From: Syntrophales bacterium
Lineage (GTDB): Bacteria; Desulfobacterota; Syntrophia; Syntrophales; UBA2210
Direction of reading: 5' to 3'
Length of the DNA stretch: 64,000 bases
Assembly: GCA_963662405.2 (NCBI GenBank)
Contig: CAXXKT010000001.1
Location: 2,144,001-2,208,000 of the forward strand
Under the pieces are notes generated by a model. That model did no database searches. It worked only from the letters and a program-made list of their open reading frames with translations, and was not told the origin of the DNA. The first letter of the stretch is position 1. Each line of letters opens with the position of its first letter. Shown here in pieces: positions 10,023 to 21,137 of this stretch. Made by a program: the position numbers and the translations under genes.

Positions 10023-11554
10023 GGTTGCACCTCCTCCCCACCGTGGTTGGGTATCTGCAGCACCGGTTGTCTCTCCTTGATTGTGAAAAAGGGGCGGGTA
10101 CGGGTGCCCCCTCCATTCGGAGGGTTGTTGCTTCCGTCTGTACCGATGACCGTTGCCAGCTTCTTGATATACTCTTTCATCGCCTCTGACTGAGAGGTCA
10201 TCTCCTCGGTCGCCGCCGCGCTTTCTTCGGCGTGAGCGGCATTTTCGTGCACGATCCTGTTGATCTCCTCAATGGCCCGCTCGATCTGTTTGAATGTGAT
10301 AATCTGCTTGGTGGACAGTTCCTCCGCCCGATCGATAATGGAAACAAACTGACCCGCAAAGTCTGAATATTCTCCGAATTTTGCCGCGCTGGTCTCCATA
10401 AACTCTCCGCCTTTTGAGATAGCCGTATCGGCCTCTTCAATGAGGACGTTTGTGTTTTTGGTTGCTTCCGTAGCCTGCAGCGCGAGGTTCCGGACCTCAT
10501 CGGCGACGACGGCGAATCCGGCGCCCACTTCTCCCGCACGGGCTGCCTCGACGGAGGCGTTCAGCGCCAGGAGATTCGTCTGGAAGGATATCTTTTCGAT
10601 CATGACCAGGGCTTCCGAGGTCTTTTCGCTTGATTCCTTGATTCCTCCCATCGCCTCTGCCGCGCTGATGATGTTATTGAAGGCCTCCTCACGGATGATG
10701 TCTATGTCGTGCGTTGTTTTTCGGATTGTCCGGACCTGTTCGTCGTGGGCTTGATTGACGGATGCCAGGTCTCTCATTACCTCTGACATCTTTTCCACTT
10801 CTTCCGCCTGTATCGCTGTCCCCTCGGCGAGGTGGTTGCTGGACCGGGCGATCTGATCGGCGTCTTCGGCAAACCGGGCCGCGCTATCGGTGAGTTTCGC
10901 GATGACGCGGTTGATCGGTATCGTGATGGACCGTGCGAAAAAGATCCCGGCGGCGAGGGCGATCATGATCCCTATCACGGTCCCGCCGATGGCGATTGCA
11001 TTGAGCCAGAATGCCTGTTTGAGCCCACCCCGCCCGGCTGTTTCGGAAAGCTGAACCGTAAGATCTGATAGCTCGCTCAGAAGCTTTTCAACAGTGGCGA
11101 ATGACCCTCCGGGTTGTGCGGCGATAAGGGCCGCCCCCTCTTTTTGTTTTTCTCCTTTGAGGAGTTGCATGAATTGATTCTGTTCCCGACGCCAGGTTTC
11201 CCACGCCGGCTTCAGGCGGTTCCATGTCGCTGCCACGGCCCCTTCTTTTGGGAGGGCATCATACCGCTTTCGGCTTTCTTCCGCGCGTCTCCACGCCTCC
11301 TCAAGTTTTGTAAGCGCACTGCCGCCGTTGTTCGCCGTTAACAGCCCTTTCTCCGCGTTCCGGATGATTATCTGTGATTCGGTCATAACACCGATGCTGT
11401 AAATGCCGGGGAGATGTATCTCGGAGATGTTTCTGAGTCTGTCATCAACCTTGGAAATTCCGAACGATCCGACCAAGCCGCCGATGAGGAGCAGCACCCC
11501 CATGGCCATAAACCCACCAATCAGCTTGGCGCTCAGTGTCCAATGTCGCGTCAT
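10016..11554 (-). CDS. Methyl-accepting chemotaxis protein
   Basis: [37 protein letters not shown]; paralog of the downstream MCP. Confidence 0.9.
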   Translation of the reverse strand: MTRHWTLSAKLIGGFMAMGVLLLIGGLVGSFGISKVDDRLRNISEIHLPGIYSIGVMTESQIIIRNAEKGLLTANNGGSALTKLEEAWRRAEESRKRYDALPKEGAVAATWNRLKPAWETWRREQNQFMQLLKGEKQKEGAALIAAQPGGSFATVEKLLSELSDLTVQLSETAGRGGLKQAFWLNAIAIGGTVIGIMIALAAGIFFARSITIPINRVIAKLTDSAARFAEDADQIARSSNHLAEGTAIQAEEVEKMSEVMRDLASVNQAHDEQVRTIRKTTHDIDIIREEAFNNIISAAEAMGGIKESSEKTSEALVMIEKISFQTNLLALNASVEAARAGEVGAGFAVVADEVRNLALQATEATKNTNVLIEEADTAISKGGEFMETSAAKFGEYSDFAGQFVSIIDRAEELSTKQIITFKQIERAIEEINRIVHENAAHAEESAAATEEMTSQSEAMKEYIKKLATVIGTDGSNNPPNGGGTRTRPFFTIKERQPVLQIPNHGGEEVQPC

Positions 11555-11625
11555 TTCCCTTCCCCCTTTCGACTCGATAAGGACTTCCGTATACAGAGAT
11601 AATTCAAATACGATTTTAGTCTATG

Positions 11626-11652
11626 CTATCGGTGAATTCTGGGGATTCTTTA
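11626..11652 (-). promoter_or_regulatory. Sigma28 (FliA)-type promoter for the MCP pair
   Basis: Minus strand TAAA-15nt-ACCGATAG versus consensus TAAA-N15-GCCGATAA. Confidence 0.65.
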
Positions 11653-11869
11653 GGAGAAATTACCAAATATGGCCGGTTCCGTGGGTAAAACGGAGCCAGC
11701 GGAGAGGAATGAGTCTGTATTCCCCCACCCCGGTGTACCTTAGGATTTGCTTTTGGGATTACCTTCTTATATTGTCACGTATCATGGGGATAGGTGAATC
11801 TCCGAATTTTACGCCGGATGAAACGGCAAGAACTGATTCTGATATAACTGAACGTTTCGAGGGTACAGG

Positions 11870-12664
11870 ATGATTGCCTCTATTGACACCTTGAAGGATT
11901 CTTTCGTAGGTCCGCTTTCCGGCGTTTTTTTCGATATTGACGATACCCTGACGACGCGGGGGAGGGTTTCCGCACCGGCATTCGCGGCGCTCTGGAAGAT
12001 GAAAGAGAGGGGACTTCGCGTTGTCGCCATTACCGGCCGCCCCGCGGGATGGTGTGATCACATCGCGCGGATGTGGCCGATCGACGGGGTGGTGGGCGAA
12101 AACGGGGCCTTGTATTTCTGGTACGATACCGGGACGAAGAGACTTCGGAAACGATTTCTCGATACCGATGACGAACGAGCGGCAAAACGACGGCGTCTGA
12201 TATCCGTCAGGGATGAGATCCTGGCCGCCGTGTCGGGGGCCGCCGTGGCAAGCGATCAGGCCTACCGCGAATCCGACCTGGCCATCGATTATTGTGAGGA
12301 TGTCTCCCCCCTCGGGAAGGAAGCGGTCGAAGAGATCTGCGCGATATTCAAAAAACACGGGGGAATGTGCAAGGTATCGTCCATCCATGTCAATGGGTGG
12401 TTTGGGGAATACGACAAGCTGGGAATGACGAAGACCTTTGCGAAGGAGCGGTGGGGAATCGATCTGGACGAGGAAAAGGATCGATACGTTTACTGCGGCG
12501 ACTCCCCGAATGACGAACCCATGTTCCGGTACTTCCCGAACTCAGTGGGAGTCCACAACGTCCTGACCTTTGCCGACCGCATGCACTATCTCCCCGCCTT
12601 CGTGACATACGGGGAAGGAGGAGAAGGGTTTGCCGAGATGGTGGAGATTATCACCCGCCGTTGA
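11870..12664 (+). CDS. HAD-IIB family hydrolase
   Basis: FFDIDDTLT, ITGRP, GENG, K, GDSPND motifs. Confidence 0.9.
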   Translation: MIASIDTLKDSFVGPLSGVFFDIDDTLTTRGRVSAPAFAALWKMKERGLRVVAITGRPAGWCDHIARMWPIDGVVGENGALYFWYDTGTKRLRKRFLDTDDERAAKRRRLISVRDEILAAVSGAAVASDQAYRESDLAIDYCEDVSPLGKEAVEEICAIFKKHGGMCKVSSIHVNGWFGEYDKLGMTKTFAKERWGIDLDEEKDRYVYCGDSPNDEPMFRYFPNSVGVHNVLTFADRMHYLPAFVTYGEGGEGFAEMVEIITRR

Positions 12665-12684
12665 AGACGGTATGACCTGAACCG

Positions 12685-13782
12685 TCAGTAGACCGATTGT
12701 GTCGTATCGGCGCTGAACAGGTGCAGGTGGTTGAGGTTGATGGCGAGTGTCAGCTTTTCGCCGACTCGTATGACTCGTCTTCCCTCGCTCGTGGCGGTCA
12801 GCCGCACCCCGTTGAAATTCATGTGCATATTTGTTTCGCCGCCGAGAGGTTCAACAACTTCGACGAGTCCTTCGATCTTCCAGTCGTCGGGGAAACCGTT
12901 TTCCCCGTTGTCTATCTTGAAATCTTCCGTTCTGATCCCCATGGTCACCGCCATTCCGTCTCTGAGCCGGGCCCCTTCTTTCTCCGGGACGGGTAGTTGC
13001 AGTCTCCCGTCGAAATCGATGGTAAGGCCGGTCTCTCCACGGATGATCCGTGCGGGAACCAGGTTCATCGGAGGGCTCCCGATAAAACCCGCCACGAAGG
13101 TATTTGTCGGCTTCTGAAACACCTCGATCGGTTCCCCGACCTGTTCGATATAGCCGTCCCGCATGACGACGATCCTATCGGCGAGTGTCATTGCCTCCAC
13201 CTGGTCGTGGGTGACGTATATGATGGTCGCGTGTACCTTTTGGTGGAGCAGCTTGATCTCCGTCCTCATCTGTGTCCGGAGCTTGGCGTCAAGATTCGAG
13301 AGGGGTTCGTCAAAAAGGAAGATCGAGGGGTTCCTGACCATGGCCCTCCCCATGGCGACCCTCTGTCGCTGGCCGCCGGAGAGCTCATGAGGCTTTCGTG
13401 CAAGATACTCGGATAGCTCAAGTATATCGGCAACTTCTCCGACACGTCTTGCAATCTCCTCTTTGGGCGTCTTGTTGAGCTTCAGGCCGAAAGACATATT
13501 AGAGAAGACATTCATGTGCGGGTAGAGGGCGTAGTTCTGGAAGACCATGGCGATACCCCTGTCCTTGGGGGCGACGTCATTGATAAAGCGGCCGCCGATG
13601 TAAATCTCGCCGGCGGTGATCTTTTCCAGCCCGGCGATCATGCGCAGTATTGTTGATTTTCCGCATCCGGAGGGGCCGACGAGGACGATAAACTCGTTGT
13701 CCTCGATGTCCAGATTAACACCGTGGACGACCTCGACCTTTCCGAATTTTTTGACGACATCCCGTAACGCTACATTCGCCAT
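12685..13782 (-). CDS. ugpC: sn-glycerol-3-phosphate/sugar ABC transporter ATP-binding protein
   Basis: GPSGCGKST, LSGGQRQR, FDEPLSNLDAKLR; divergent from ugpBAE. Confidence 0.88.
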   Translation of the reverse strand: MANVALRDVVKKFGKVEVVHGVNLDIEDNEFIVLVGPSGCGKSTILRMIAGLEKITAGEIYIGGRFINDVAPKDRGIAMVFQNYALYPHMNVFSNMSFGLKLNKTPKEEIARRVGEVADILELSEYLARKPHELSGGQRQRVAMGRAMVRNPSIFLFDEPLSNLDAKLRTQMRTEIKLLHQKVHATIIYVTHDQVEAMTLADRIVVMRDGYIEQVGEPIEVFQKPTNTFVAGFIGSPPMNLVPARIIRGETGLTIDFDGRLQLPVPEKEGARLRDGMAVTMGIRTEDFKIDNGENGFPDDWKIEGLVEVVEPLGGETNMHMNFNGVRLTATSEGRRVIRVGEKLTLAINLNHLHLFSADTTQSVY

Positions 13783-14146
13783 TGCAAACCCCTGGTGAGT
13801 TCTTCGGTCTGAACATCCTCGACCGTTGGCGGGCACGAAACCTCCCGCAAAGGCGCGCCCAATCTACTACGATTGTTTCAAAAATGCAATGAAGGGATAG
13901 ACGGTACCTGAGAGTGAAAAACCGGGGAGCTATATCTCTGATCGGGGATCCGGGAATCGGCGGCAGAGAGATTGTGAACGCGGAATGCGCGAGAAACTTT
14001 CCCGGGGGAGTTATTAGTGGAGTTATTCCTTGACTCGGCATAGAGAAGGAATTAAACTTTTTCAGATTTGAGGAGGTGAAATGGGCCCCGAGAACAGGCC
14101 TTGCGCCTGCTTCTTAACCAGATCTCTAGCAAGGGAGGATATGATT

Positions 14147-15475
14147 ATGAAGATACGCAGGACGATTGTTGTTGCAGCAATTATAGCTTTTACGCTCTTT
14201 TTTGCCGGCCAGGCAATGGCAGAACCCATTACCATCAACTGGTGGCATGCCATGAAGGGCGCCCGCGGCAAGGTTGTCGATACCATGATAAAGGCCTTCA
14301 ATGACTCCCAGTCCGATTATGTGGTTGTGGGATCATATAAGGGAAATTATGATGAGACCGTGAATGCGGGAGTTGCGGCATACCGGGCCGGGAAACAGCC
14401 CCATATCCTCCAATCCTTCGAGGTCGGGACCCAGACCATGATGCTTTCAGGCGCCATTTACCCCGTGTACAAACTGATGCAGGATGAGGGGTTGAACATT
14501 GACTGGAAGGGGTACCTCCAGCCCGTCCTTTCCTACTACATGAACGCGAATGGGGATCTCATGTCGCTGCCCTTCAATTCATCGACCCCCGTCATGTATT
14601 ATAACGTGGACCTCTTCAAAAAGGCCGGTATCCCGATGCTTGACAAGACAACGCCGATCACATGGGATGAACTGGGTGAGATTGCGGCAAAACTGGTAAG
14701 ATCCGGCGTGGCCGGCGGTCTGACCTGCGGCTGGCAGTCCTGGACCCAAGTGGAAAACTACAGCGCGATACACAACATCGCCTTTGCCTCGAAGGCGAAC
14801 GGCTACGAAGGCCTTGATTGCGAACTCCTGATCAACAATCCCACGGTGGTGGCCCACATAGCCATGTTGAAGGAGTGGATGAAGGACGGACGCTTCTTCT
14901 ACGGCGGGCAGAAGTTCCAGGGACCGAAGGCCGAATTTCTCGCCCAGAACGCCGCCCTCTATATCGATTCCATCAGCGCAATTGCAAAGCTTCAGAAGGC
15001 CGTCAAAGACTTTGCATGGGACGTTGCCCCCATGCCGGTGGAATCCTGGATGAAAAATCCCCAGAACAGCATCATCGGCGGGGCTTCTCTCTGGGTGTTC
15101 ACGGGTCACGACAAGGAGGATTACAAAGGAGTGGCGGCATTTTTGAAACACCTCGGCAGGCAGGATATGCAGATATACTGGCACAAGGAGACCGGGTATT
15201 TCCCGATTACACTCGCCGCTTATGAGCAGCTCAAGAAAGAGGGATATTACGAAGAATTCCCCTATCAGGAGGTGGGAATAAAACAGCTGACGCGTCGGGA
15301 GCCGACGAAGGTCTCACGCGGTCTCCGCCTCGGCTATTTTATCCAGATCCGGAATATCATCAATGAAGAGCTGGAACTGGTCTGGAATGACACCAAGACG
15401 CCGCAAGAGGCCCTGGATAACGCCGTCAAGAGGAGCAACCAGCAGCTGCGGGAATTTGAAAAGATCTATAAATAG
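14147..15475 (+). CDS. ugpB: sn-glycerol-3-phosphate ABC transporter substrate-binding protein
   Basis: Signal peptide; WWHAM, FEVGTQTM, PFNSSTP, WQSW, IIGGASLWV, WHKETGY. Confidence 0.88.
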   Translation: MKIRRTIVVAAIIAFTLFFAGQAMAEPITINWWHAMKGARGKVVDTMIKAFNDSQSDYVVVGSYKGNYDETVNAGVAAYRAGKQPHILQSFEVGTQTMMLSGAIYPVYKLMQDEGLNIDWKGYLQPVLSYYMNANGDLMSLPFNSSTPVMYYNVDLFKKAGIPMLDKTTPITWDELGEIAAKLVRSGVAGGLTCGWQSWTQVENYSAIHNIAFASKANGYEGLDCELLINNPTVVAHIAMLKEWMKDGRFFYGGQKFQGPKAEFLAQNAALYIDSISAIAKLQKAVKDFAWDVAPMPVESWMKNPQNSIIGGASLWVFTGHDKEDYKGVAAFLKHLGRQDMQIYWHKETGYFPITLAAYEQLKKEGYYEEFPYQEVGIKQLTRREPTKVSRGLRLGYFIQIRNIINEELELVWNDTKTPQEALDNAVKRSNQQLREFEKIYK

Positions 15476-15554
15476 GAAGCAGTCTTAAAGATCCGGCATG
15501 GACAACGCTTCCCCTGGTTGCGAGGGGAAGCGTTGTTTTGCGAGCGGCGAAATC

Positions 15555-16445
15555 ATGATAAAAAGATCCGTTTTTTCCTCGAGGACGCTCCCCTACCTGT
15601 TGATACTTCCACAGCTGGTGGTGACGCTTGCCTTCTTTTACTGGCCCGCTGTTCAGGGCCTGATCCAGTCGGTCATGCGGAGTGACCCGTTCGGTCAGCA
15701 CAGTACCTTCATCTGGTTCGCGAACTTTCGGGCACTCTTTACGGATCCGCTTTATCTCAAATCCATAGGAGTTACCCTTTTTTTCAGTGCCTCCGTCGCA
15801 GCCGTATCCATAGCCACGGGTCTCTTTATAGCCACGATGGCAAACCGGGCGCTGAAGGCGAAGGCCGTTGTGAGGACGCTTCTCATCTGGCCCTATGCCG
15901 TGGCGCCGGCCATATCGGGCATCCTGTGGCTTTTCCTCCTCCACCCTTCCTACGGGGTGGTCGCCTACGCGATCAAGAATTGGTTCGGTATCGACTGGAA
16001 CCCGGTCTTGAGGGGGACCGACGCGATGTTTATGATCATTATGGCAAGCGCGTGGAAGCAGATCAGCTATAACTTCGTCTTTTTTATCGCTGGAATGCAG
16101 GCGATCCCCAAGTCTCTCATCGAAGCGGCGGCGATAGATGGGGCGAGTCCCTTCCGGCGGTTCTGGACCATAACGGTTCCGCTCCTGTCACCGACGCTGT
16201 TTTTCGTAACGGTCATGAACATCATCTATTCGTTCTTCGAGACCTTCGGCGTGGTGCATATGATGACGCAGGGTGGCCCCGGCGGCGCGACGAATATACT
16301 GGTGTACAAGGTCTATCAGGACGGGTTCATCGGCCTGAATATGGGAGGGTCGGCCGCACAGTCTGTCGTGTTGATGACGCTGATCATTGTCGTTACCGTC
16401 TTGCAGTTCAAATACGTGGAGAAAAAGGTTCAATATACGGGATGA
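15555..16445 (+). CDS. ugpA: sn-glycerol-3-phosphate ABC permease
   Basis: LLIWPYAVAPA, WKQISYNF, EAAAIDGA motif. Confidence 0.9.
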   Translation: MIKRSVFSSRTLPYLLILPQLVVTLAFFYWPAVQGLIQSVMRSDPFGQHSTFIWFANFRALFTDPLYLKSIGVTLFFSASVAAVSIATGLFIATMANRALKAKAVVRTLLIWPYAVAPAISGILWLFLLHPSYGVVAYAIKNWFGIDWNPVLRGTDAMFMIIMASAWKQISYNFVFFIAGMQAIPKSLIEAAAIDGASPFRRFWTITVPLLSPTLFFVTVMNIIYSFFETFGVVHMMTQGGPGGATNILVYKVYQDGFIGLNMGGSAAQSVVLMTLIIVVTVLQFKYVEKKVQYTG

Positions 16446-16451
16446 TGACTC

Positions 16452-17372
16452 ATGGTTGAAAAGACACCGATTCTGGATACACTCACCTATATTCTCTTGA
16501 TTGCGGGGATTATCATCGTCGGTTTTCCGATTATCTACGCCGTGATCGCTGCGACGCTTCCCATTGAAGAGGTCTCCCGGGTTCCCATGCCGCTGATCCC
16601 CGGTGACCAGTTCTGGGTAAACATCAAGAGGGCCTGGGTCGAAGGCGACCTGGGAAGGCACCTGCTCAACTCCTTCATCATGGCATCCGGAATCACCCTG
16701 GGTAAGATAACGGTTTCCCTCCTGGGGGCCTTTTCCATCGTCTATTTCAGCTATCGGTTCAGAACCGTGGTCTTCGTCTCCGTCTTCTGTACCCTGATGC
16801 TTCCCGTGGAGGTCAGGATCCTGCCTACCTATGAGATGGCCGCCAATCTCCTCGGTCCCTTTCAGGAACTGTGGCGGATTTTTCATCTTGACGGTGTCGT
16901 GTCCTGGATTGTGGGCCACGATATCGAGGTGAGCCTGGAGTGGAGTATCCTGGACAGCTACACGGGGCTTATCCTGCCTCTGGTCGCTTCGGCGACCTGC
17001 ACCTTTCTCTTTCGGCAGTTTTTCCTCACCATACCCGAGGAACTCTGTGAAGCGGCCAAGATGGACGGGGCCTCGGCAATGACCTTCTTCAGAAAGATAC
17101 TGATCCCCCTCTCCAAGACAAACATCGCCGCACTCGTGGTGATCGAATTCGTCTACGGGTGGAACCAGTACCTCTGGCCTCTCCTGATTACCACGAAACC
17201 GAAGATGCTGACGGCCGTCATCGGTCTCCAGAACCTGATTCCCGCGGCGGATGACCTCCCGTTCTGGAACGTCGCCCTTGCCGGTTCCCTGCTGGTTATG
17301 CTTCCCCCGGTCCTGGTAGTTCTCTTCATGCAGCGATGGTTCGTCAAGGGACTCGTGGAAAAGGAAAAATAA
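16452..17372 (+). CDS. ugpE: sn-glycerol-3-phosphate ABC permease
   Basis: TLMLPVEVRILPT, EAAKMDGA, GWNQYLWPL, WFVKGLVE. Confidence 0.9.
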   Translation: MVEKTPILDTLTYILLIAGIIIVGFPIIYAVIAATLPIEEVSRVPMPLIPGDQFWVNIKRAWVEGDLGRHLLNSFIMASGITLGKITVSLLGAFSIVYFSYRFRTVVFVSVFCTLMLPVEVRILPTYEMAANLLGPFQELWRIFHLDGVVSWIVGHDIEVSLEWSILDSYTGLILPLVASATCTFLFRQFFLTIPEELCEAAKMDGASAMTFFRKILIPLSKTNIAALVVIEFVYGWNQYLWPLLITTKPKMLTAVIGLQNLIPAADDLPFWNVALAGSLLVMLPPVLVVLFMQRWFVKGLVEKEK

Positions 17373-17543
17373 GCTGCCCATGGTTTGTCTTGTCCCGATG
17401 CCCCACAGACCATCTCCGATATAATTTGCTTTTGTCCTGCTCTTCTTATATCGTGCGCGGTCACTGAAAGGATATAAGGGGCGGTGGGCCGGTATCTTCG
17501 TACGAAGGTACGACAAACGGTACCCCCCCGATGGTGTAAACAG

Positions 17544-18167
17544 ATGGGACTCATCAATCTTCTCGTAAAAGACCCGCTGACCTTCGTCCTCGTAGCGGTG
17601 CCGCTCCTGTATTCGATTATCCTACATGAGCTGGCGCATGGGTGGGTCGCCTGGCGGATGGGGGATCCCACGGCAAAGATGATGGGCAGGCTCAGTCTCA
17701 ATCCACTGAGGCACCTCGATCCGGTGGGGACCGTGATGCTCTTTTTCGTCGGGTTCGGTTGGGCCCGTCCCGTCCCCGTTAACTTCGCGAATCTGCGGGG
17801 GAGCCGCAGGGAGCTGATCCTGGTATCGGCCGCGGGGATCATCGTCAACACGATTCTCGCCTTCCTTTCGATTCTTCTCCTTCGGCTGTGCGCGCCTTCG
17901 GAGCAGGGTGTTCTCGGGACGGGCCTCTTCTACATGGCCCAGATCAATATCATCCTGGCTGCCTTCAATCTGATCCCGATTCCGCCCCTCGACGGCTCGA
18001 AGATCCTCATGGGGTTTCTTCCCGACCGCCTGCAGTACTCCCTCGCGCGCCTGGAGCCGTACGGGTTTTTCATCATCATCGGCCTGCTCTTCTTCGGCAT
18101 CCTCGATCCCCTCATCGATTTCTTTCGTTGGATCATCCTTATGATTATCAGTGCACTGCTGTTTTGA
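17544..18167 (+). CDS. Site-2 protease family (M50) membrane metalloprotease
   Basis: HELAH and FNLIPIPPLDG motifs. Confidence 0.9.
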   Translation: MGLINLLVKDPLTFVLVAVPLLYSIILHELAHGWVAWRMGDPTAKMMGRLSLNPLRHLDPVGTVMLFFVGFGWARPVPVNFANLRGSRRELILVSAAGIIVNTILAFLSILLLRLCAPSEQGVLGTGLFYMAQINIILAAFNLIPIPPLDGSKILMGFLPDRLQYSLARLEPYGFFIIIGLLFFGILDPLIDFFRWIILMIISALLF

Positions 18168-18464
18168 TACAGCCCCCCCCGCTGATTCCGACCGCCGGGT
18201 GCGGGTCCGTCCGTGATCCGGCTGTTTCCCCTCGCAGCACCGCATCTCTTGTAAACCGTGGCAGGACACCGACCCCTGCGGCGGATCACGCCCGTTAAGG
18301 GTAAGGCCAAACCCGTATGCCGTATAAATTGTTGCACAAAAATCCTCTCCACGGTCTTTGCAAAGATCGTGATTAATGATATGAAGAGCGTCGTAATGTG
18401 GAGCCGGTTTGCGGCGTATTTTGAAATAATCACCCTGAAAGCCATAAAAAATAGACAGGTACCT

Positions 18465-20993
18465 ATGGAATTTGACACTCTCTTCACAGCATACCGTACT
18501 GTTTGCAAAACGTATTCCGATCGCATCCTTTTTGAAAACCGCAAGATGACATTTGCCGAAACCTGGCGGAGCGTGGAAGCCCGGGGACTGTTTCTCAAGG
18601 AGAGCGGTTACGGCAAGGGAGATGTCATCGCCATTCTCTCCGAGACATCCCCTGAATGGTGCATAACCTACATGGCCGTTACGGCGATCGGTGCCATTGC
18701 CCTTCCGCTCGATACCAATCTGACTGCGGACCAATACCGGGAGATGTTACGAAGCGTGGAGGCGCGGGCGATATTCGTTTCCGCCGGATTGCAGGATCGT
18801 ATCACCCACCCTGCCGTATACGGGATAGAGGCCGAGTATCAGACACCCGGCACCGGTCGCCTGGAAGACCCGGGATTGGCGAAGGATGATATAGCCTCCC
18901 TCCTTTTTACGTCCGGAACGACCGGTATCCCCAAGATTGTTTCCCTGACCCAGGGCAATATCCTTCATGTCGCCCTGGTATGCACACGGCTGGAGGAATA
19001 TACCGAAGATGACCTGACGCTGGCGATGCTGCCGCTGTACCATGTATATGCCTTCGAATCCACGTTCATGGCCCCGCTTTTGACGGGAAGCTCCATTGTG
19101 TTCCAGTCTTCCCTGAAGGGGCCCGATATCATCCGCACGCTGGGAGAAAATCGGATTACCATATTCCCGGCCGCGCCCCAGATGTGGGAGCTGTTCTTCG
19201 ACGCACTGCTGACCAAGATCAAGGCCCAATCGATCCTGAAATACCGCGTCTTCATGTTTTTCCTGCAGGCGGCGCCCTTCCTCAAGGCCTGCGGTCTGAA
19301 CGTCCTCCTGCAGAAAATATTCAGCCCTGTGCACGACGTATTCGGCCGCCACATCCGTTTTTTCATCAGTGGCGGTGCGCCGCTCAAAAAAGAATATTTC
19401 AACTATTATCGCCGCATGGGTTTTTATCTCATGGAAGGTTACGGTCTGACCGAGACAACCGGCCCCATTGCCATTCCCTACTACAAGGAGGCACAGGCCG
19501 GGGCCGTCGGTCCGCCGATACCCGGCAATGAAGTGACGATTAAAAATATAAACGCCGATGGGATCGGCGAGATCTGGCTGAAGGGTGAGGCCGTCATGCA
19601 GGGCTATTATAAAAATGAGGAGGCCAATCGTCAGGCATTCGACGATGCCGGGTTTTTCAACACGCAGGATCTGGGCTTCGTGGACGGCAAAGGTCATATT
19701 CATATCACCGGGCGCGAAAAGAATGTCATTGTGCTGACATCGGGGAAAAACGTGTATCCGGAGGAGCTTGAACTGTATTTCAGCTCCTCGCCGGCCATCG
19801 CCGAGATCGCCGTCTTCGGACGGAAGATCGATGATCGGGAAACCACCTATGCGGTGATTGTCCCCACCGTCAAAGGGGCGGGAAGCTATGACGCCGTCCG
19901 GGAAGCGATAAGCGCGCTGAATGCACATCTTCCCTCCTATAAAACACTGACTCATCTTGCGCTTTCCGCCGATCCGCTTCCCCGTAATTCCACACGGAAG
20001 GTATTGATCGACGAGGTGATCCGCCTGCTGGATCAGGGGGTCTACCAGACCGATGCCTCGGGGACGGCAATCCCCCGCATTGTCCTTCAACCGACGGATA
20101 TCCGCGAGGAAGAGATTATCGGTGCGCTGGAAAAGAAGTTACGCGTCAAGACGCTCCATGCCAATGAAACACTGGCTGATTACCGGATCGATTCCCTGGG
20201 ACTCATCGAGCTCATCGTGTATCTTGAGGACTCCTTGGGCATTGCCGTCGACACGGAACAGGTCGATTCTTTGATGACGCTGGAAGAATTCGTTTGTTAT
20301 CTGACCTCTTGCCCCCGAGAATCAGGAGCGAATCTTGATGAAACGATTCTGAGGAGCCCGATTACGACAAAGACAGGGGTCTTCCCCAATCCCGTGAGCG
20401 AACTGGTGTTGTTTCTTGTCCGCAGTATCTCCCGTCTGTCCTGGGGGCTGCGAATCGTCAATCCGGAAGGCCTCGTTCCGAAAAACAGTATTATTGTCGC
20501 CAATCATCAATCGTTTCTTGACCTGCCCTGGCTTGTCGGATCTCTTCCCTATTCCCGGAGAAAGAGGCTCTTCATCACCGGGAAAATGGAGCTTTCCTTT
20601 CTTAAATATGTGTTCGCCGGCTCACCGATCCTCTTTGTCGACCGGCAGGGAAACGTCGTGCCGTCACTCAAGGCGGCTTCGGATATCCTGCGGAGCGGTG
20701 ACTCGCTGATTATCTTCCCGGAAGGGACCCGTACCGCCGACGGTACCGTGGGGGATTTCAAATCGGGAGCGGCGTACCTGGCATACAACCTCGGTAAAAA
20801 GATCATTCCCGTAACCATCAGGGGAGCCTTTGACGTGATGCCGCGCAATACCCTTGTCCCCCGCTTTTTTTCGGGAGTCCGGGGGGAGATGATTGTCGGA
20901 GAGACCATTGATCCTCAGAAATTCCCATCGGTTGAAGCGTTAAACAACCACCTGCACACCGTCATCTCGCAAGAGGTGCAGCGCCGGGCATAA
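18465..20993 (+). CDS. Long-chain acyl-CoA/ACP synthetase - acyl carrier domain - PlsC-type acyltransferase fusion
   Basis: FTSGTTGIPK, GYGLTET, DLG; IDSLG phosphopantetheine site; NHQSFLD and FPEGTR acyltransferase motifs. Confidence 0.88.
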   Translation: MEFDTLFTAYRTVCKTYSDRILFENRKMTFAETWRSVEARGLFLKESGYGKGDVIAILSETSPEWCITYMAVTAIGAIALPLDTNLTADQYREMLRSVEARAIFVSAGLQDRITHPAVYGIEAEYQTPGTGRLEDPGLAKDDIASLLFTSGTTGIPKIVSLTQGNILHVALVCTRLEEYTEDDLTLAMLPLYHVYAFESTFMAPLLTGSSIVFQSSLKGPDIIRTLGENRITIFPAAPQMWELFFDALLTKIKAQSILKYRVFMFFLQAAPFLKACGLNVLLQKIFSPVHDVFGRHIRFFISGGAPLKKEYFNYYRRMGFYLMEGYGLTETTGPIAIPYYKEAQAGAVGPPIPGNEVTIKNINADGIGEIWLKGEAVMQGYYKNEEANRQAFDDAGFFNTQDLGFVDGKGHIHITGREKNVIVLTSGKNVYPEELELYFSSSPAIAEIAVFGRKIDDRETTYAVIVPTVKGAGSYDAVREAISALNAHLPSYKTLTHLALSADPLPRNSTRKVLIDEVIRLLDQGVYQTDASGTAIPRIVLQPTDIREEEIIGALEKKLRVKTLHANETLADYRIDSLGLIELIVYLEDSLGIAVDTEQVDSLMTLEEFVCYLTSCPRESGANLDETILRSPITTKTGVFPNPVSELVLFLVRSISRLSWGLRIVNPEGLVPKNSIIVANHQSFLDLPWLVGSLPYSRRKRLFITGKMELSFLKYVFAGSPILFVDRQGNVVPSLKAASDILRSGDSLIIFPEGTRTADGTVGDFKSGAAYLAYNLGKKIIPVTIRGAFDVMPRNTLVPRFFSGVRGEMIVGETIDPQKFPSVEALNNHLHTVISQEVQRRA

Positions 20994-21137
20994 ACCCGTG
21001 CTCCGCGGATACGCCGGAGAGTTGGCGCTGAGATGCGGCCTATCCTTTTTCCCCTCCGCCGCACACCGCCTTGCGGGAGTCTCCTGTTTAGGATATATTC
21101 GGACAATAACATCCCGGTTTTCACAAGGAGGAATGTC

